Made by a program: the position numbers and the translations under genes. Positions 8,006 through 17,196 of a DNA stretch of 30,769 bases are shown here, one piece after another; the stretch's first letter is position 1; each line of letters opens with the position of its first letter. The notes below the pieces were generated by a model, which worked only from the letters and a program-made list of their open reading frames with translations, ran no database searches and had not been told where the DNA came from. The stretch covers positions 1 through 30,769 of the forward strand of contig CAYXRV010000001.1 of assembly GCA_964466215.1 (NCBI GenBank). Direction: 5' to 3'. Source of the stretch: an uncultured Candidatus Saccharibacteria bacterium. Its GTDB lineage: Bacteria > Patescibacteriota > Minisyncoccia > Minisyncoccales > Staskawiczbacteraceae.

Positions 8006-9445
8006 ATGCCTAGATTTTTAGTAAAAGACACGGCCAAACATATTGGAGAAAAGGTAAAAGTTGCCGGCTGGGTAAATAGTAGAAGGGCCCACGGCAAAAT
8101 TTTATTTATTGACCTCCGCGACAGAAGCGGAGTTTTGCAAGTGGTTTTTGTGCCCTCAAATAAAGAAGTTTATGAATTGGCTCAAAATTTAAGACCAGAA
8201 TGGGTGGTGGAAATTACGGGTCAAATTGTGAAAAGGCCGGAGCAAATGGTGAACCCAAAAATTGAAACAGGAGAAGTGGAGCTTTCAGTGGAGTCTTTAA
8301 ATGTCTTGGCAGAGGCGCAAACTTTGCCATTTTCAATTGATGAGACTGGTTATGAAATAAGCGAAGAGTTAAGAATGAAATACAGATATCTGGATTTAAG
8401 AAGAGAAAGATTAAAGAATAATCTTGTGGCTCGCAATATGGTTATTAGATTTATGAGAGATTTTTTAGATAAGGAAGGATTTGTTGAAATTGAAACTCCA
8501 ATGCTTACAAAATCAACGCCCGAAGGCTCAAGAGATTTTATTGTTCCTTCAAGATTGCATCCGGGCAGTTTTTACGCGCTTCCGCAGTCTCCTCAGCAGT
8601 ATAAACAGCTTTTGCAGGTTGCCGGCTTTGAAAGATATTTTCAGATAGCTCGCTGTTTAAGAGATGAAGACCCAAGAGGCGACCGCCAAACCGAGCATAC
8701 TCAACTGGATTTAGAAATGAGTTTTGTTGCAGAAGAAGATGTGATGAGCTTGATAGAAAGACTTTTTATAACTCTTATTAAAAATCTGTATCCAAATAAA
8801 AAGATACAGGAAATTCCTTTTCCAAGAATGAGCTATAAAGAAGTAATGAAAAAATATCATTCAGACAAACCGGATATTCGTAAAGATAAGTCAGACTCAA
8901 ATCTTTTGGCATTTTGTTGGGTAGTCGATTTTCCATTTTTTGAAAAAAACGATGAGGGCAAGTGGACGTTTACCCATAATCCTTTTTCTGCGGCAAAGCC
9001 AGAATTTAGAGAAGATTTAATAAATAAAAAAAATATAGAAAATATTTTAACCACGCAATATGATATCGTGCTAAACGGTTCAGAGGTAGGTGGAGGAAGT
9101 ATAAGAAATCACAAATCAGAAGCCATAGAGGCAGTATTTGAAATAATGGGTTGCAAGAAAGAAGAGATAAAAGAAAAATTCGGCCATATGCTGGAAGCCT
9201 TCACCTACGGCGCTCCGCCTCATGGAGGTATTGCTCCTGGCATTGATAGACTTTTGTCTATTTTGCATTCGGAGCCAAATATCAGAGAGGTGATTGCTTT
9301 TCCAAAAACGGGAGACGGGAGAGATTTAATGATGGGAGCCCCTGCGGAAGTTTATCAGAAACAATTAAAGGAACTGCATATAAAAGTTGACCGCGTTAAA
9401 TCTGAAAAGTCAAAAAAACCAGTCAAGAAAATAACAAAAAAATAG
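8006..9445 (+). CDS. aspS: Aspartate--tRNA ligase (bacterial type, short, no GAD insertion)
   Basis: OB-fold FIDLRDRSG, motif 1 EIETPML, ALPQSPQQYKQ, motif 2 RCLRDED, motif 3 PPHGGIAPGIDR. Confidence 0.93.
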   Translation: MPRFLVKDTAKHIGEKVKVAGWVNSRRAHGKILFIDLRDRSGVLQVVFVPSNKEVYELAQNLRPEWVVEITGQIVKRPEQMVNPKIETGEVELSVESLNVLAEAQTLPFSIDETGYEISEELRMKYRYLDLRRERLKNNLVARNMVIRFMRDFLDKEGFVEIETPMLTKSTPEGSRDFIVPSRLHPGSFYALPQSPQQYKQLLQVAGFERYFQIARCLRDEDPRGDRQTEHTQLDLEMSFVAEEDVMSLIERLFITLIKNLYPNKKIQEIPFPRMSYKEVMKKYHSDKPDIRKDKSDSNLLAFCWVVDFPFFEKNDEGKWTFTHNPFSAAKPEFREDLINKKNIENILTTQYDIVLNGSEVGGGSIRNHKSEAIEAVFEIMGCKKEEIKEKFGHMLEAFTYGAPPHGGIAPGIDRLLSILHSEPNIREVIAFPKTGDGRDLMMGAPAEVYQKQLKELHIKVDRVKSEKSKKPVKKITKK

Positions 9446-9450
9446 ATATA

Positions 9451-10407
9451 ATGAATAAAACCGACATACAACCAGTAATTAAAAATATTTTACTATTTAC
9501 TGTTTTTGTTTTTTTGACAATAATAATTCTTATGACCATTTTTAACAACTTGTCCGGATTTCTTAAAAATAAATTCTCTTTTAATAAAGAGAATATTTTA
9601 GCGAGCGTGAAAGAGTCGCCAGTTGAGCGGAATTTAGCGCCATATAAAAATCAACAGATAGAAGACTTAAAAATTGATGCAGAATCTGCCATTTCTGTGG
9701 AAACGGATTTATTGATGCAGAAAGAAGTTCTTTTTAAAAAAAATGAAACAAAAATTTTACCAATAGCCAGTTTGTCAAAACTCATGACAGCTTTGATAGT
9801 TTTGGAAAATTATAATTTACAGCAACAAGTAGCTATAACAGATATAGATGTATCGCAGGAGGGCGAACAAGGAGACTTAAAAGTGGGGCAAGTTCTTTCA
9901 GTAAAAAATCTTTTGTATATAGCATTGATTGAATCCAGTAATGATGCGGCTTTTGCTCTTTCTTCGGTTATAGGACAAGATAGGTTTGTGTATTTAATGA
10001 ACGTAAAAGCGGAAAATATAGGTCTTTTGAACACTCATTTTGCGGATTCCAGCGGATTAAATCCGGGCTCTTATTCTACTGCGAAAAACTTAGTCGCGCT
10101 GACAGAATATCTATTGAATAAACATTCGTTGGTTTGGCAAATCATAGGTCTTAAAGAATATGATTTATATTTAGACAATGGTCAATTTCATCATAAGTTG
10201 ATAAGCACCAATAAGCTTTTGGGAGAGATGCCCGAAATTATTGGTGGTAAAACCGGTTTTACAAATAATGCCAAAGGAACTTTTCTTGTGATTGAAAAAA
10301 GTCCAACAGAAGGAAATTATTTAATAAATGTTATTTTAGGCTCGACAGACAGATTAGAAGAAATGAAAAAAATAATTAATTGGCTAAACATTGCCTATAA
10401 GTGGTAA
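9451..10407 (+). CDS. D-alanyl-D-alanine carboxypeptidase (peptidase S11)
   Basis: SxxK (ASLSK), SxN (SSN) and KTG (GGKTGFT) motifs; N-terminal TM helix. Confidence 0.88.
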   Translation: MNKTDIQPVIKNILLFTVFVFLTIIILMTIFNNLSGFLKNKFSFNKENILASVKESPVERNLAPYKNQQIEDLKIDAESAISVETDLLMQKEVLFKKNETKILPIASLSKLMTALIVLENYNLQQQVAITDIDVSQEGEQGDLKVGQVLSVKNLLYIALIESSNDAAFALSSVIGQDRFVYLMNVKAENIGLLNTHFADSSGLNPGSYSTAKNLVALTEYLLNKHSLVWQIIGLKEYDLYLDNGQFHHKLISTNKLLGEMPEIIGGKTGFTNNAKGTFLVIEKSPTEGNYLINVILGSTDRLEEMKKIINWLNIAYKW

Positions 10408-10421
10408 TTTAAAAAATAATA

Positions 10422-11456
10422 ATGACGCTATTCACTTTTAATATTATTAAAGTTTTAGGTTCAGCAGCTATTGCCTCTGCTATAGCCGCCGTTTGGTGCC
10501 CTTCATTAATTAATTTTTTATATAAACATAAACTCTGGAAAAAAGAAGCCAGAACAAAAGCGATAAGCGGCGAAGATGCCACTGTTTTTTATAATCTTCA
10601 CAAAGAAAGAGAAACAAAAGCGCCTCGCTTTGGCGGACTGCTAATTTGGATAACGGTCGTTTTGGTTATTTTAATTTTTTATTGGTTTCCTAGTCTGAAT
10701 TTTCTATCAAGAAGTCAAACGTGGTTGCCGTTGTTTACTTTAATAACAACTTCATTGGTCGGGCTTTTAGATGATTCTTTGCAAGTTTTTGGAAAAGGCA
10801 AATATATTGGAGGAGGACTTTCGTTGAAAAAAAGACTTTTTGTTGTGGCTTTAATTGGACTTATCGGAGGAATTTGGTTTTATCAAAAATTAGGATGGGA
10901 TGTTATTACCGTTCCTTTGCTCGGTCAATTTTCAATAGGATATTTATATGTTCCTATTTTTATTTTAGTGATGGTGGCCACTTGGTCGGGAGGAATTATT
11001 GACGGATTAGACGGATTAGCCGGCGGTACTTTTGCATCAATTTTTGGGGCATTTACAATAATTGCTTTCTCTCAAGGCAAGGTGGATTTAGCAACTTTTT
11101 GCGCAGTGATTACGGGAACATTGTTCACTTTTTTATGGTTTAATATACCCCCTGCCAGATTTTATATGGGCGAAACAGGAATTTTGGGGCTAACTACCAC
11201 TTTGTCGGTTGTGGCATTTTTAACCGATTCGGTTTTGGTTTTGCCAATTATCGCCGGACTCCTGGTTTTGGAAACCGGGTCTGTGATAATGCAGCTTTTA
11301 TCAAAAAAAATCAGAAGAAAAAAAATATTTCTTTCCACTCCGATACATCATCATTTTGAAGCAATTGGCTGGCCGCAATACAAAATTACAATGCGAGCAT
11401 GGATTATTGGCATAGTTTTAGCAATTGTTGGAGTAGCTGTAAGATTATTAGGTTAA
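10422..11456 (+). CDS. mraY: Phospho-N-acetylmuramoyl-pentapeptide transferase
   Basis: Polytopic; GLLDD, DGLDGL, FYMGETG and PIHHHFE motifs; dcw context. Confidence 0.85.
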   Translation: MTLFTFNIIKVLGSAAIASAIAAVWCPSLINFLYKHKLWKKEARTKAISGEDATVFYNLHKERETKAPRFGGLLIWITVVLVILIFYWFPSLNFLSRSQTWLPLFTLITTSLVGLLDDSLQVFGKGKYIGGGLSLKKRLFVVALIGLIGGIWFYQKLGWDVITVPLLGQFSIGYLYVPIFILVMVATWSGGIIDGLDGLAGGTFASIFGAFTIIAFSQGKVDLATFCAVITGTLFTFLWFNIPPARFYMGETGILGLTTTLSVVAFLTDSVLVLPIIAGLLVLETGSVIMQLLSKKIRRKKIFLSTPIHHHFEAIGWPQYKITMRAWIIGIVLAIVGVAVRLLG

Positions 11457-11466
11457 AATTAAAAAT

Positions 11467-12429
11467 ATGAAAACAATACAAAAGTTAATTATTTTTGGAG
11501 TCATTTTATTCCTCGGAATATCTGGAGGTTTTTTTGCGACAAAAGCGCAGACTTTTTGCAGTTCTAATGCAACACTAAGATGCGTTGGTAATTCTGTTTT
11601 TTGGTACGACTCTTGTGGCAAGCAACAAAGCTGGGTCAAAGATTGTTTTAATGGATGTCAAAATGGACAGTGCATAAACCCTCAGCCTTCTTATGTAAAA
11701 CATTTTAAAGAAGGTTGTAGCAATGGTGATTTGTATTGGTACGATTCAAATGGAACTATTAATGATTTATATAAGTCTTGTTCCGATAATAATGAATGCA
11801 CAAAAGATAGTTGTTTGGGCAACAAATGCGTAAACGAAGGCGATTGTAAAAATAAAACAATGCCTTCTGTTTCGGCCGTTGTCGCGCCACTTGGCGTATT
11901 AGATATATCTGTTTTTTGCGGAATCAAAGATAATAATTTTAATTTTTCAAAAAATATTACTGTTGTCGCCGACCAAACAATTAATTGTTTGGTTATTGTA
12001 AAAAATACAACAACATCTCCCGTAAATGATATCACTGTAAGAGCAGACATTCCCACAGAAATTATCAATACCAGCGAATTAAAAATTGATGGATTATCAT
12101 TCAATGGCAATATAACTTCTGGCATCAATATTGGTAATTTTACACCAAATTTATCAAAAATAATTACTTTTGAAGGAAAAGTCCAGTCATTAATTACTCA
12201 AGTTTCAGCAAAACAAACCACGGGCATAATCAGTTCAGGCAATCTGTCTGCCTCGGATTCTTTGACAATTAATTTTCAGCCGATTATTGCCGGCAATATT
12301 ACGGCTCCAGTGGCAGATTCGTCCCCATTTGTTAAATTTTTAAAGCGTTGGTATATATGGATTCTATCGGCTATTGTATTATTTTTTTTATTTTTAATTA
12401 TATTCAAAAGAGTTTCCTCTAATATTTAA
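11467..12429 (+). CDS. Exported Cys-rich protein with a DUF11-like Ig domain and a C-terminal TM anchor
   Basis: Signal peptide; two WYDSxG Cys-rich repeats; CSDNNECTKDSC; GNITSGINIG domain shared with 28024-28962; C-terminal TM plus KR. Confidence 0.6.
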   Translation: MKTIQKLIIFGVILFLGISGGFFATKAQTFCSSNATLRCVGNSVFWYDSCGKQQSWVKDCFNGCQNGQCINPQPSYVKHFKEGCSNGDLYWYDSNGTINDLYKSCSDNNECTKDSCLGNKCVNEGDCKNKTMPSVSAVVAPLGVLDISVFCGIKDNNFNFSKNITVVADQTINCLVIVKNTTTSPVNDITVRADIPTEIINTSELKIDGLSFNGNITSGINIGNFTPNLSKIITFEGKVQSLITQVSAKQTTGIISSGNLSASDSLTINFQPIIAGNITAPVADSSPFVKFLKRWYIWILSAIVLFFLFLIIFKRVSSNI

Positions 12430-12443
12430 AGTCACGGTATAAT

Positions 12444-14957
12444 ATGAGACTAAAGCCCACCATTTTCGAATTTACTTCATATAAATTTGACCCTATTCAA
12501 AAAAGGATTTTTTTTAATTATAAAACCGAGTTTAAAGACGGAAACACTCTTTTTTTTACAGAAACCGTAGTTTTGCCAGAAATACCCAATGTTAAAGAAT
12601 TGCCACCGGGTCTTTTAGATAAAATATTTGAGGGGCTCCATTTAGTAATAGGTGTTAGCTATTGGAAATCTTATTGTGCGACAAAAATAAGAGTAAATTA
12701 TTCTTTGTCAAAGAGTGAATCGGATTTTTGGGATACAGTTTATAGAAAGGGTTTGGGTGAATTTTTTTATAAAAATAATCTTGATACCAAAATTTCTCCA
12801 AAATTTCCATTCAAAAAAAATGTAAAAACAAATTCTTACAAATTAGAAAAAAATAATAAATGTCTTGTCGGAATAAGCGGGGGAAAGGATTCAATAGTCG
12901 CAGTAGAGATTTTGAAAGAACAGAATTTTAATGCAACAGCTTTCTTCACCGAAACCCAAAATGAATCTAGTCTTGTTAATGCAATAATAAATATAACAGG
13001 AACAAAGTCCGTAAAAATAAGAAGAATTTTAGACGAAAAATTATTTGATTATAATAAATATGCAGGCCACGTTCCAGTTTCTGCAATATATGCATTTTTA
13101 AATATTCTTTGCGCAGTTTTGTATGAATATTCTTATTGTATAGTAGCCAATGAATACAGCAGTAATTTTGGCAACACAAAACATAAAGGTGAAGTTATTA
13201 ATCATCAGTGGAGCAAATCTTCGGAATTTGAAAACTTGTTTGTAAATTACGTTAAAAATTTTATAACCCCAGATGTTCATTATTTTTCTTTGTTGCGTCC
13301 GTTCTATGAAATTCGCATAGTGGAACTTTTTTCAAAATACAAAAAATATTTTTCTTATTTTTCCAGTTGTAATAAAAATTTTATAATTAATAAAAATGGA
13401 AATGAAGTTTTGTGGTGCGGAGAATGCCCAAAGTGCGTTTTTGTTTTTATCTTGTTGTCCGCTTTTTTGTCTAAAAAAGAATTAGTCAATATATTCAATA
13501 AAAATCTTTACGAAGAAAAAAAATTGATGCCATTGTTTAAAGATGTTTTGGGTTTTGGAAAAATAAAACCATTTGATTGCGTGGGAACTTTTCAAGAAGC
13601 AAGAGTGGCTCTATATCTGGCCTCTCCAAAGTTTAAAAATAATTTAATTATTAAAACATTTTTGTCAAAAATAAAAGAGCCAAAATCTTTAATAAAAGAG
13701 GTTTTTGGCGCTAATCTTGCTCCAAATATTCCCAGCCAGTTTAGATTTTCGGGAATAAAAAATGTTTTAATTTTAGGCTATGGCAAAGAAGGAGAAGTTA
13801 CTAAAAAATATATTCAAAAAAATTATCCTAAATTAGAAATTGGAATAGCCGATATTAAATTTAGCAAGAATTACTTAGATAAACAAAAAGATTATGATTT
13901 AGCCATAAAAAGCCCCGGGATTCCAAAAAGCTATGTTAAAATTAATCATACTACCGCTACAAATATATTTTTTGCAAAAATCAAACAATTAGGGAATAAA
14001 ACAATCGGCATTACTGGGAGCAAGGGCAAAAGCACAACAACGCAACTTATATATTCAATATTAAAAGAATCTGGAAAAGATGCAAGAATCTTGGGGAACA
14101 TCGGAAATCCAATGTTGCAAGCGTTGTTGGGCCCGATTAAAAAAGGTGAGATTTTTGTATTAGAGCTTTCCAGCTATCAATTAGATGATATTGATTTTTC
14201 GCCCAATATTGCAGTGATAACTAATTTATTTCAAGAACATATGGATTACCATTCCGGCGCTGAAAACTATTACTTGGCCAAACAGAATATAATTAATTTT
14301 CAAAGTCCAAACGATATATTTATTTATAATCCAAAATACAAAAAACTTGTTTTGTGGGCAAAAAAATCTCTTTCAAGAACAATTCTATTTCCAAATAATG
14401 TTCCATTAGAAAATTCTAAAATTCCTTTGATAGGTGGGCACAATAAAGAAAATATAAAAGCCGCGATTGCAGTAGCTAATATTTTTGGTGTATCGGATGC
14501 ACTAATTAAAAAAACAATTAAAAATTTTAAAAGTCTTCCTCATAGATTAGAATTTGTGGGAGAATTTTACGGAATTAAATTCTATGACGATGGCAGCTCA
14601 ACAAATCCAGAATCGGCAATATTGGCGATTAGGGCTCTTAAAAATATTGATACAATTTTTCTCGGCGGGGAAGATAGAGGTTATGATTTTTCGCAATTGG
14701 AGAAAACAATTAAAAAGTATAAAATAAGAAATATAGTGTTATTTCCAGATAGCGGAAATAAAATTTTAAAATCCAAAAAAAATTTTAACATACTATATAC
14801 TTCCAAAATGAAAAAAGCGGTTGATTTTGCTTATAAAAATACTAAAAAAGGTAAAATATGTTTACTGTCAGGAGCGGCTCCAAGCTATTCTTTGTGGAAA
14901 AATTTTGGAGAAAAAGGAGATCAATTCCAACAAGCAGTTAATGAATTTTTTGAATAA
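12444..14957 (+). CDS. murL-murD: Fusion of MurL (UDP-MurNAc-L-Ala-L-Glu epimerase) and a MurD-type ligase
   Basis: N-half: GVSYWK, PP-loop SGGKDS, NHQWSKS, FSSCN, WCGECPKC. C-half: GITGSKGKSTT, LELSSYQL, HMDYH, LPHRLE, LLSGAAPSY. Confidence 0.8.
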   Translation: MRLKPTIFEFTSYKFDPIQKRIFFNYKTEFKDGNTLFFTETVVLPEIPNVKELPPGLLDKIFEGLHLVIGVSYWKSYCATKIRVNYSLSKSESDFWDTVYRKGLGEFFYKNNLDTKISPKFPFKKNVKTNSYKLEKNNKCLVGISGGKDSIVAVEILKEQNFNATAFFTETQNESSLVNAIINITGTKSVKIRRILDEKLFDYNKYAGHVPVSAIYAFLNILCAVLYEYSYCIVANEYSSNFGNTKHKGEVINHQWSKSSEFENLFVNYVKNFITPDVHYFSLLRPFYEIRIVELFSKYKKYFSYFSSCNKNFIINKNGNEVLWCGECPKCVFVFILLSAFLSKKELVNIFNKNLYEEKKLMPLFKDVLGFGKIKPFDCVGTFQEARVALYLASPKFKNNLIIKTFLSKIKEPKSLIKEVFGANLAPNIPSQFRFSGIKNVLILGYGKEGEVTKKYIQKNYPKLEIGIADIKFSKNYLDKQKDYDLAIKSPGIPKSYVKINHTTATNIFFAKIKQLGNKTIGITGSKGKSTTTQLIYSILKESGKDARILGNIGNPMLQALLGPIKKGEIFVLELSSYQLDDIDFSPNIAVITNLFQEHMDYHSGAENYYLAKQNIINFQSPNDIFIYNPKYKKLVLWAKKSLSRTILFPNNVPLENSKIPLIGGHNKENIKAAIAVANIFGVSDALIKKTIKNFKSLPHRLEFVGEFYGIKFYDDGSSTNPESAILAIRALKNIDTIFLGGEDRGYDFSQLEKTIKKYKIRNIVLFPDSGNKILKSKKNFNILYTSKMKKAVDFAYKNTKKGKICLLSGAAPSYSLWKNFGEKGDQFQQAVNEFFE
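12667..12686 (+). repeat. 20-bp copy (AATCTTATTGTGCGACAAAA) of the recurrent site, inside the murL domain
   Basis: Identical to 21158-21177; 19 bp identical to the reverse complement of 20161-20179. Confidence 0.8.
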
Positions 14958-14958
14958 T

Positions 14959-16080
14959 ATGAGAAAACATCCAAATTATTATTTACTTTTTTTGGTAATT
15001 GTTCTAGTTGTTTTTGGCATTCTGTTTTTATCAACCCTTTCAGCGCCCGCATCTATCAAAAGTTTTGGCAACACAAACTATTATTTTATACATCAGCTGT
15101 ATTTGCTTTTGACTGGAATAATTTTGGCTGTAATCGCTTATAAATTACCATTAGATTATTTAAAAAAATTAGCGCCAATTTTATTATTTATTAATTTAGG
15201 GTTTTTAATATTTGCTCTTTTGCCAATTTTTGGCATTAAGTTTTGGGGAGCAAGACGCTGGATAAGCATAGGCATAGCCACTTTTCAGCCATCTGAAATG
15301 TTGAAAATTACAGCTGTTTTATATTTAAGCGCGCTGATTTCTAATAAATTATCGGAAAGTCGCAAAGGGGGATGGATATTTGTGGCAAAAAAAGGTTATC
15401 ATAATATAAAGTATGTATTTGCTCCTTTTTTAATTTTTTTGGCAATAATCTCGGCGCTTCTGTCTCTACAGCCAGATATTAGCACCTTAGGAATAATTGG
15501 ATTGACATTGGTTCTTGTATATTTTTTTGCCGGCACACCCGTTTGGAATACGATTTTTATATTATTCGGAGCCGTTGGCGGTTTGTTCGCTTTGATAAAA
15601 TTTGAGCCATACAGATTAGACCGTTGGTTAATTTTTTTGCATCCTGAGGCAGACCCTTTGGGCAAGGGATTCCAAATAAAACAATCTTTAATCGCTATCG
15701 GGTCGGGTGGATTTTTTGGAAAGGGCTGGGGAATGTCGGTTCAAAAATTTGGTTTTTTGCCACAGGCAATGGGAGATTCAATTTTTTCGATATTGGGCGA
15801 GGAAACTGGAATTATTGGTTGCTTGTTTGTGATTGCTCTTTTTTCATTTTTTTTATTTCTTGGAGTCAAAATCGCAAAATCGTCAAATGATAAATTTGCT
15901 CAATTGACTGCTATAGGAATTACTTTTTGGATATCGATTCAGGCATTTTTTAATATTGCCGCCAATTTGGGAATAGCGCCCTTGGCTGGCATTCCTTTGC
16001 CATTTTTTAGCTATGGCGGGTCGCATTTAATTACGGAGTTGATAGGAGTTGGAATGTTGCTTAATATATCTAAAACATGA
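14959..16080 (+). CDS. ftsW: SEDS peptidoglycan glycosyltransferase FtsW/RodA
   Basis: GARRWI, FQPSEMLK, QPD, GYQ-like GFQIKQSLIAIGSGG, LPQAMGDSIF, GIPLPFFSYGGS; start set at ATG 14959, 1 nt after the murD stop. Confidence 0.9.
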   Translation: MRKHPNYYLLFLVIVLVVFGILFLSTLSAPASIKSFGNTNYYFIHQLYLLLTGIILAVIAYKLPLDYLKKLAPILLFINLGFLIFALLPIFGIKFWGARRWISIGIATFQPSEMLKITAVLYLSALISNKLSESRKGGWIFVAKKGYHNIKYVFAPFLIFLAIISALLSLQPDISTLGIIGLTLVLVYFFAGTPVWNTIFILFGAVGGLFALIKFEPYRLDRWLIFLHPEADPLGKGFQIKQSLIAIGSGGFFGKGWGMSVQKFGFLPQAMGDSIFSILGEETGIIGCLFVIALFSFFLFLGVKIAKSSNDKFAQLTAIGITFWISIQAFFNIAANLGIAPLAGIPLPFFSYGGSHLITELIGVGMLLNISKT

Positions 16081-17192
16081 AAATATTATTTACGGGTGGT
16101 GGCACAGGAGGACATATTTTTCCGATAGTTGCCATTGCCAGAGAAATAAGAAGAATTTATCCAAAGAAAGATTTGGAGTTTTATTATTTGGGAGCGAAAG
16201 ATGAGTTTGGATTAATAATGTTAGGCCAGGAAGATTTTAAAATAAAAACAATAATATCGGGAAAAATCAGAAGATATTTCTCATACCAAAATATAATAGA
16301 TATTTTATTTAAAATACCTATTGGTTTTTTGCAAAGTATATTTTTACTTCTAGTAATTCGCCCTCAGTTGGTTTTTAGCAAAGGGGGGTCTGGGTCTATT
16401 TCTGTGACTTGGGGCGCAAGGTTTTTGAATATACCCGTATTTTTGCACGAATCGGACATTGTGCCCGGATTGTCTAACAGAGTCACTTCAAAATGGGCAA
16501 AAAAAATATTTGTGTCTTTTCCAAAAACAGAATATTTTGACCCCAAAAATACGATTTTAGTTGGAAACCCAATAAGAAAAGAATTACTGAATGGCGACAA
16601 AAAAACGGCGGGGGATTTGTTTGATTTGACTTTTCAAAAACCGATAATTTTATTTATAGGAGGGTCTCAGGGAGCAGAAGCTCTTAATGATTTTGTTTTA
16701 AATATTTTAAACGACTTTTTGTCAGAGTTTGAATTAATCCATATTTGCGGCAGAAATAATATAGAAGAAGTGGAGGCAGAATCTTTGGTGGTAATCAATA
16801 AAGATTTAGCAAAATATTACCATGTTGTAGGTTTTTTGGACGAAGAAAAAATGAAGCATGCCTATAAAGCCGCAGACTTCGTGGTATCTCGCTCGGGTTC
16901 AGGATCTATTTTTGAATTGGCGGCCATGGGGAAGCCAAGCATTTTGGTTCCATTGCCTTCGGCTGCGGCCGACCATCAGGCAAAAAATGCTTACGTTTAT
17001 TCGCAAACAGGAGCGGCGCTGGTTGTAGAGCAAGACAATTTAACTCGTAATTTCTTTTTGGATGTGATTCACAATATATTTTTGCATCCGGATAAATTGG
17101 AAAAAATGAAAGAAGAAGCGCTGAGATTCTCAAAACCATTGGCGGCCAAAGCTATTGCCAGAGAAGTTCTGGAATATTTTGAATTGGAATAA
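16077..17192 (+). CDS. murG: Undecaprenyl-PP-MurNAc-pentapeptide GlcNAc transferase
   Basis: TGGGTGGHIFP, KGGSGS, HESD, GNPIR, GGSQGA, SRSGSG and HQAKNA motifs. Confidence 0.95.
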   Translation: MKILFTGGGTGGHIFPIVAIAREIRRIYPKKDLEFYYLGAKDEFGLIMLGQEDFKIKTIISGKIRRYFSYQNIIDILFKIPIGFLQSIFLLLVIRPQLVFSKGGSGSISVTWGARFLNIPVFLHESDIVPGLSNRVTSKWAKKIFVSFPKTEYFDPKNTILVGNPIRKELLNGDKKTAGDLFDLTFQKPIILFIGGSQGAEALNDFVLNILNDFLSEFELIHICGRNNIEEVEAESLVVINKDLAKYYHVVGFLDEEKMKHAYKAADFVVSRSGSGSIFELAAMGKPSILVPLPSAAADHQAKNAYVYSQTGAALVVEQDNLTRNFFLDVIHNIFLHPDKLEKMKEEALRFSKPLAAKAIAREVLEYFELE

Positions 17193-17196
17193 AAAT

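Noticed and set aside
12436-12446. TATAAT directly abutting the murL-murD ATG
   Set aside because: A zero-nt gap is too short for a -10 serving this start; it fits the general AATATG start context.
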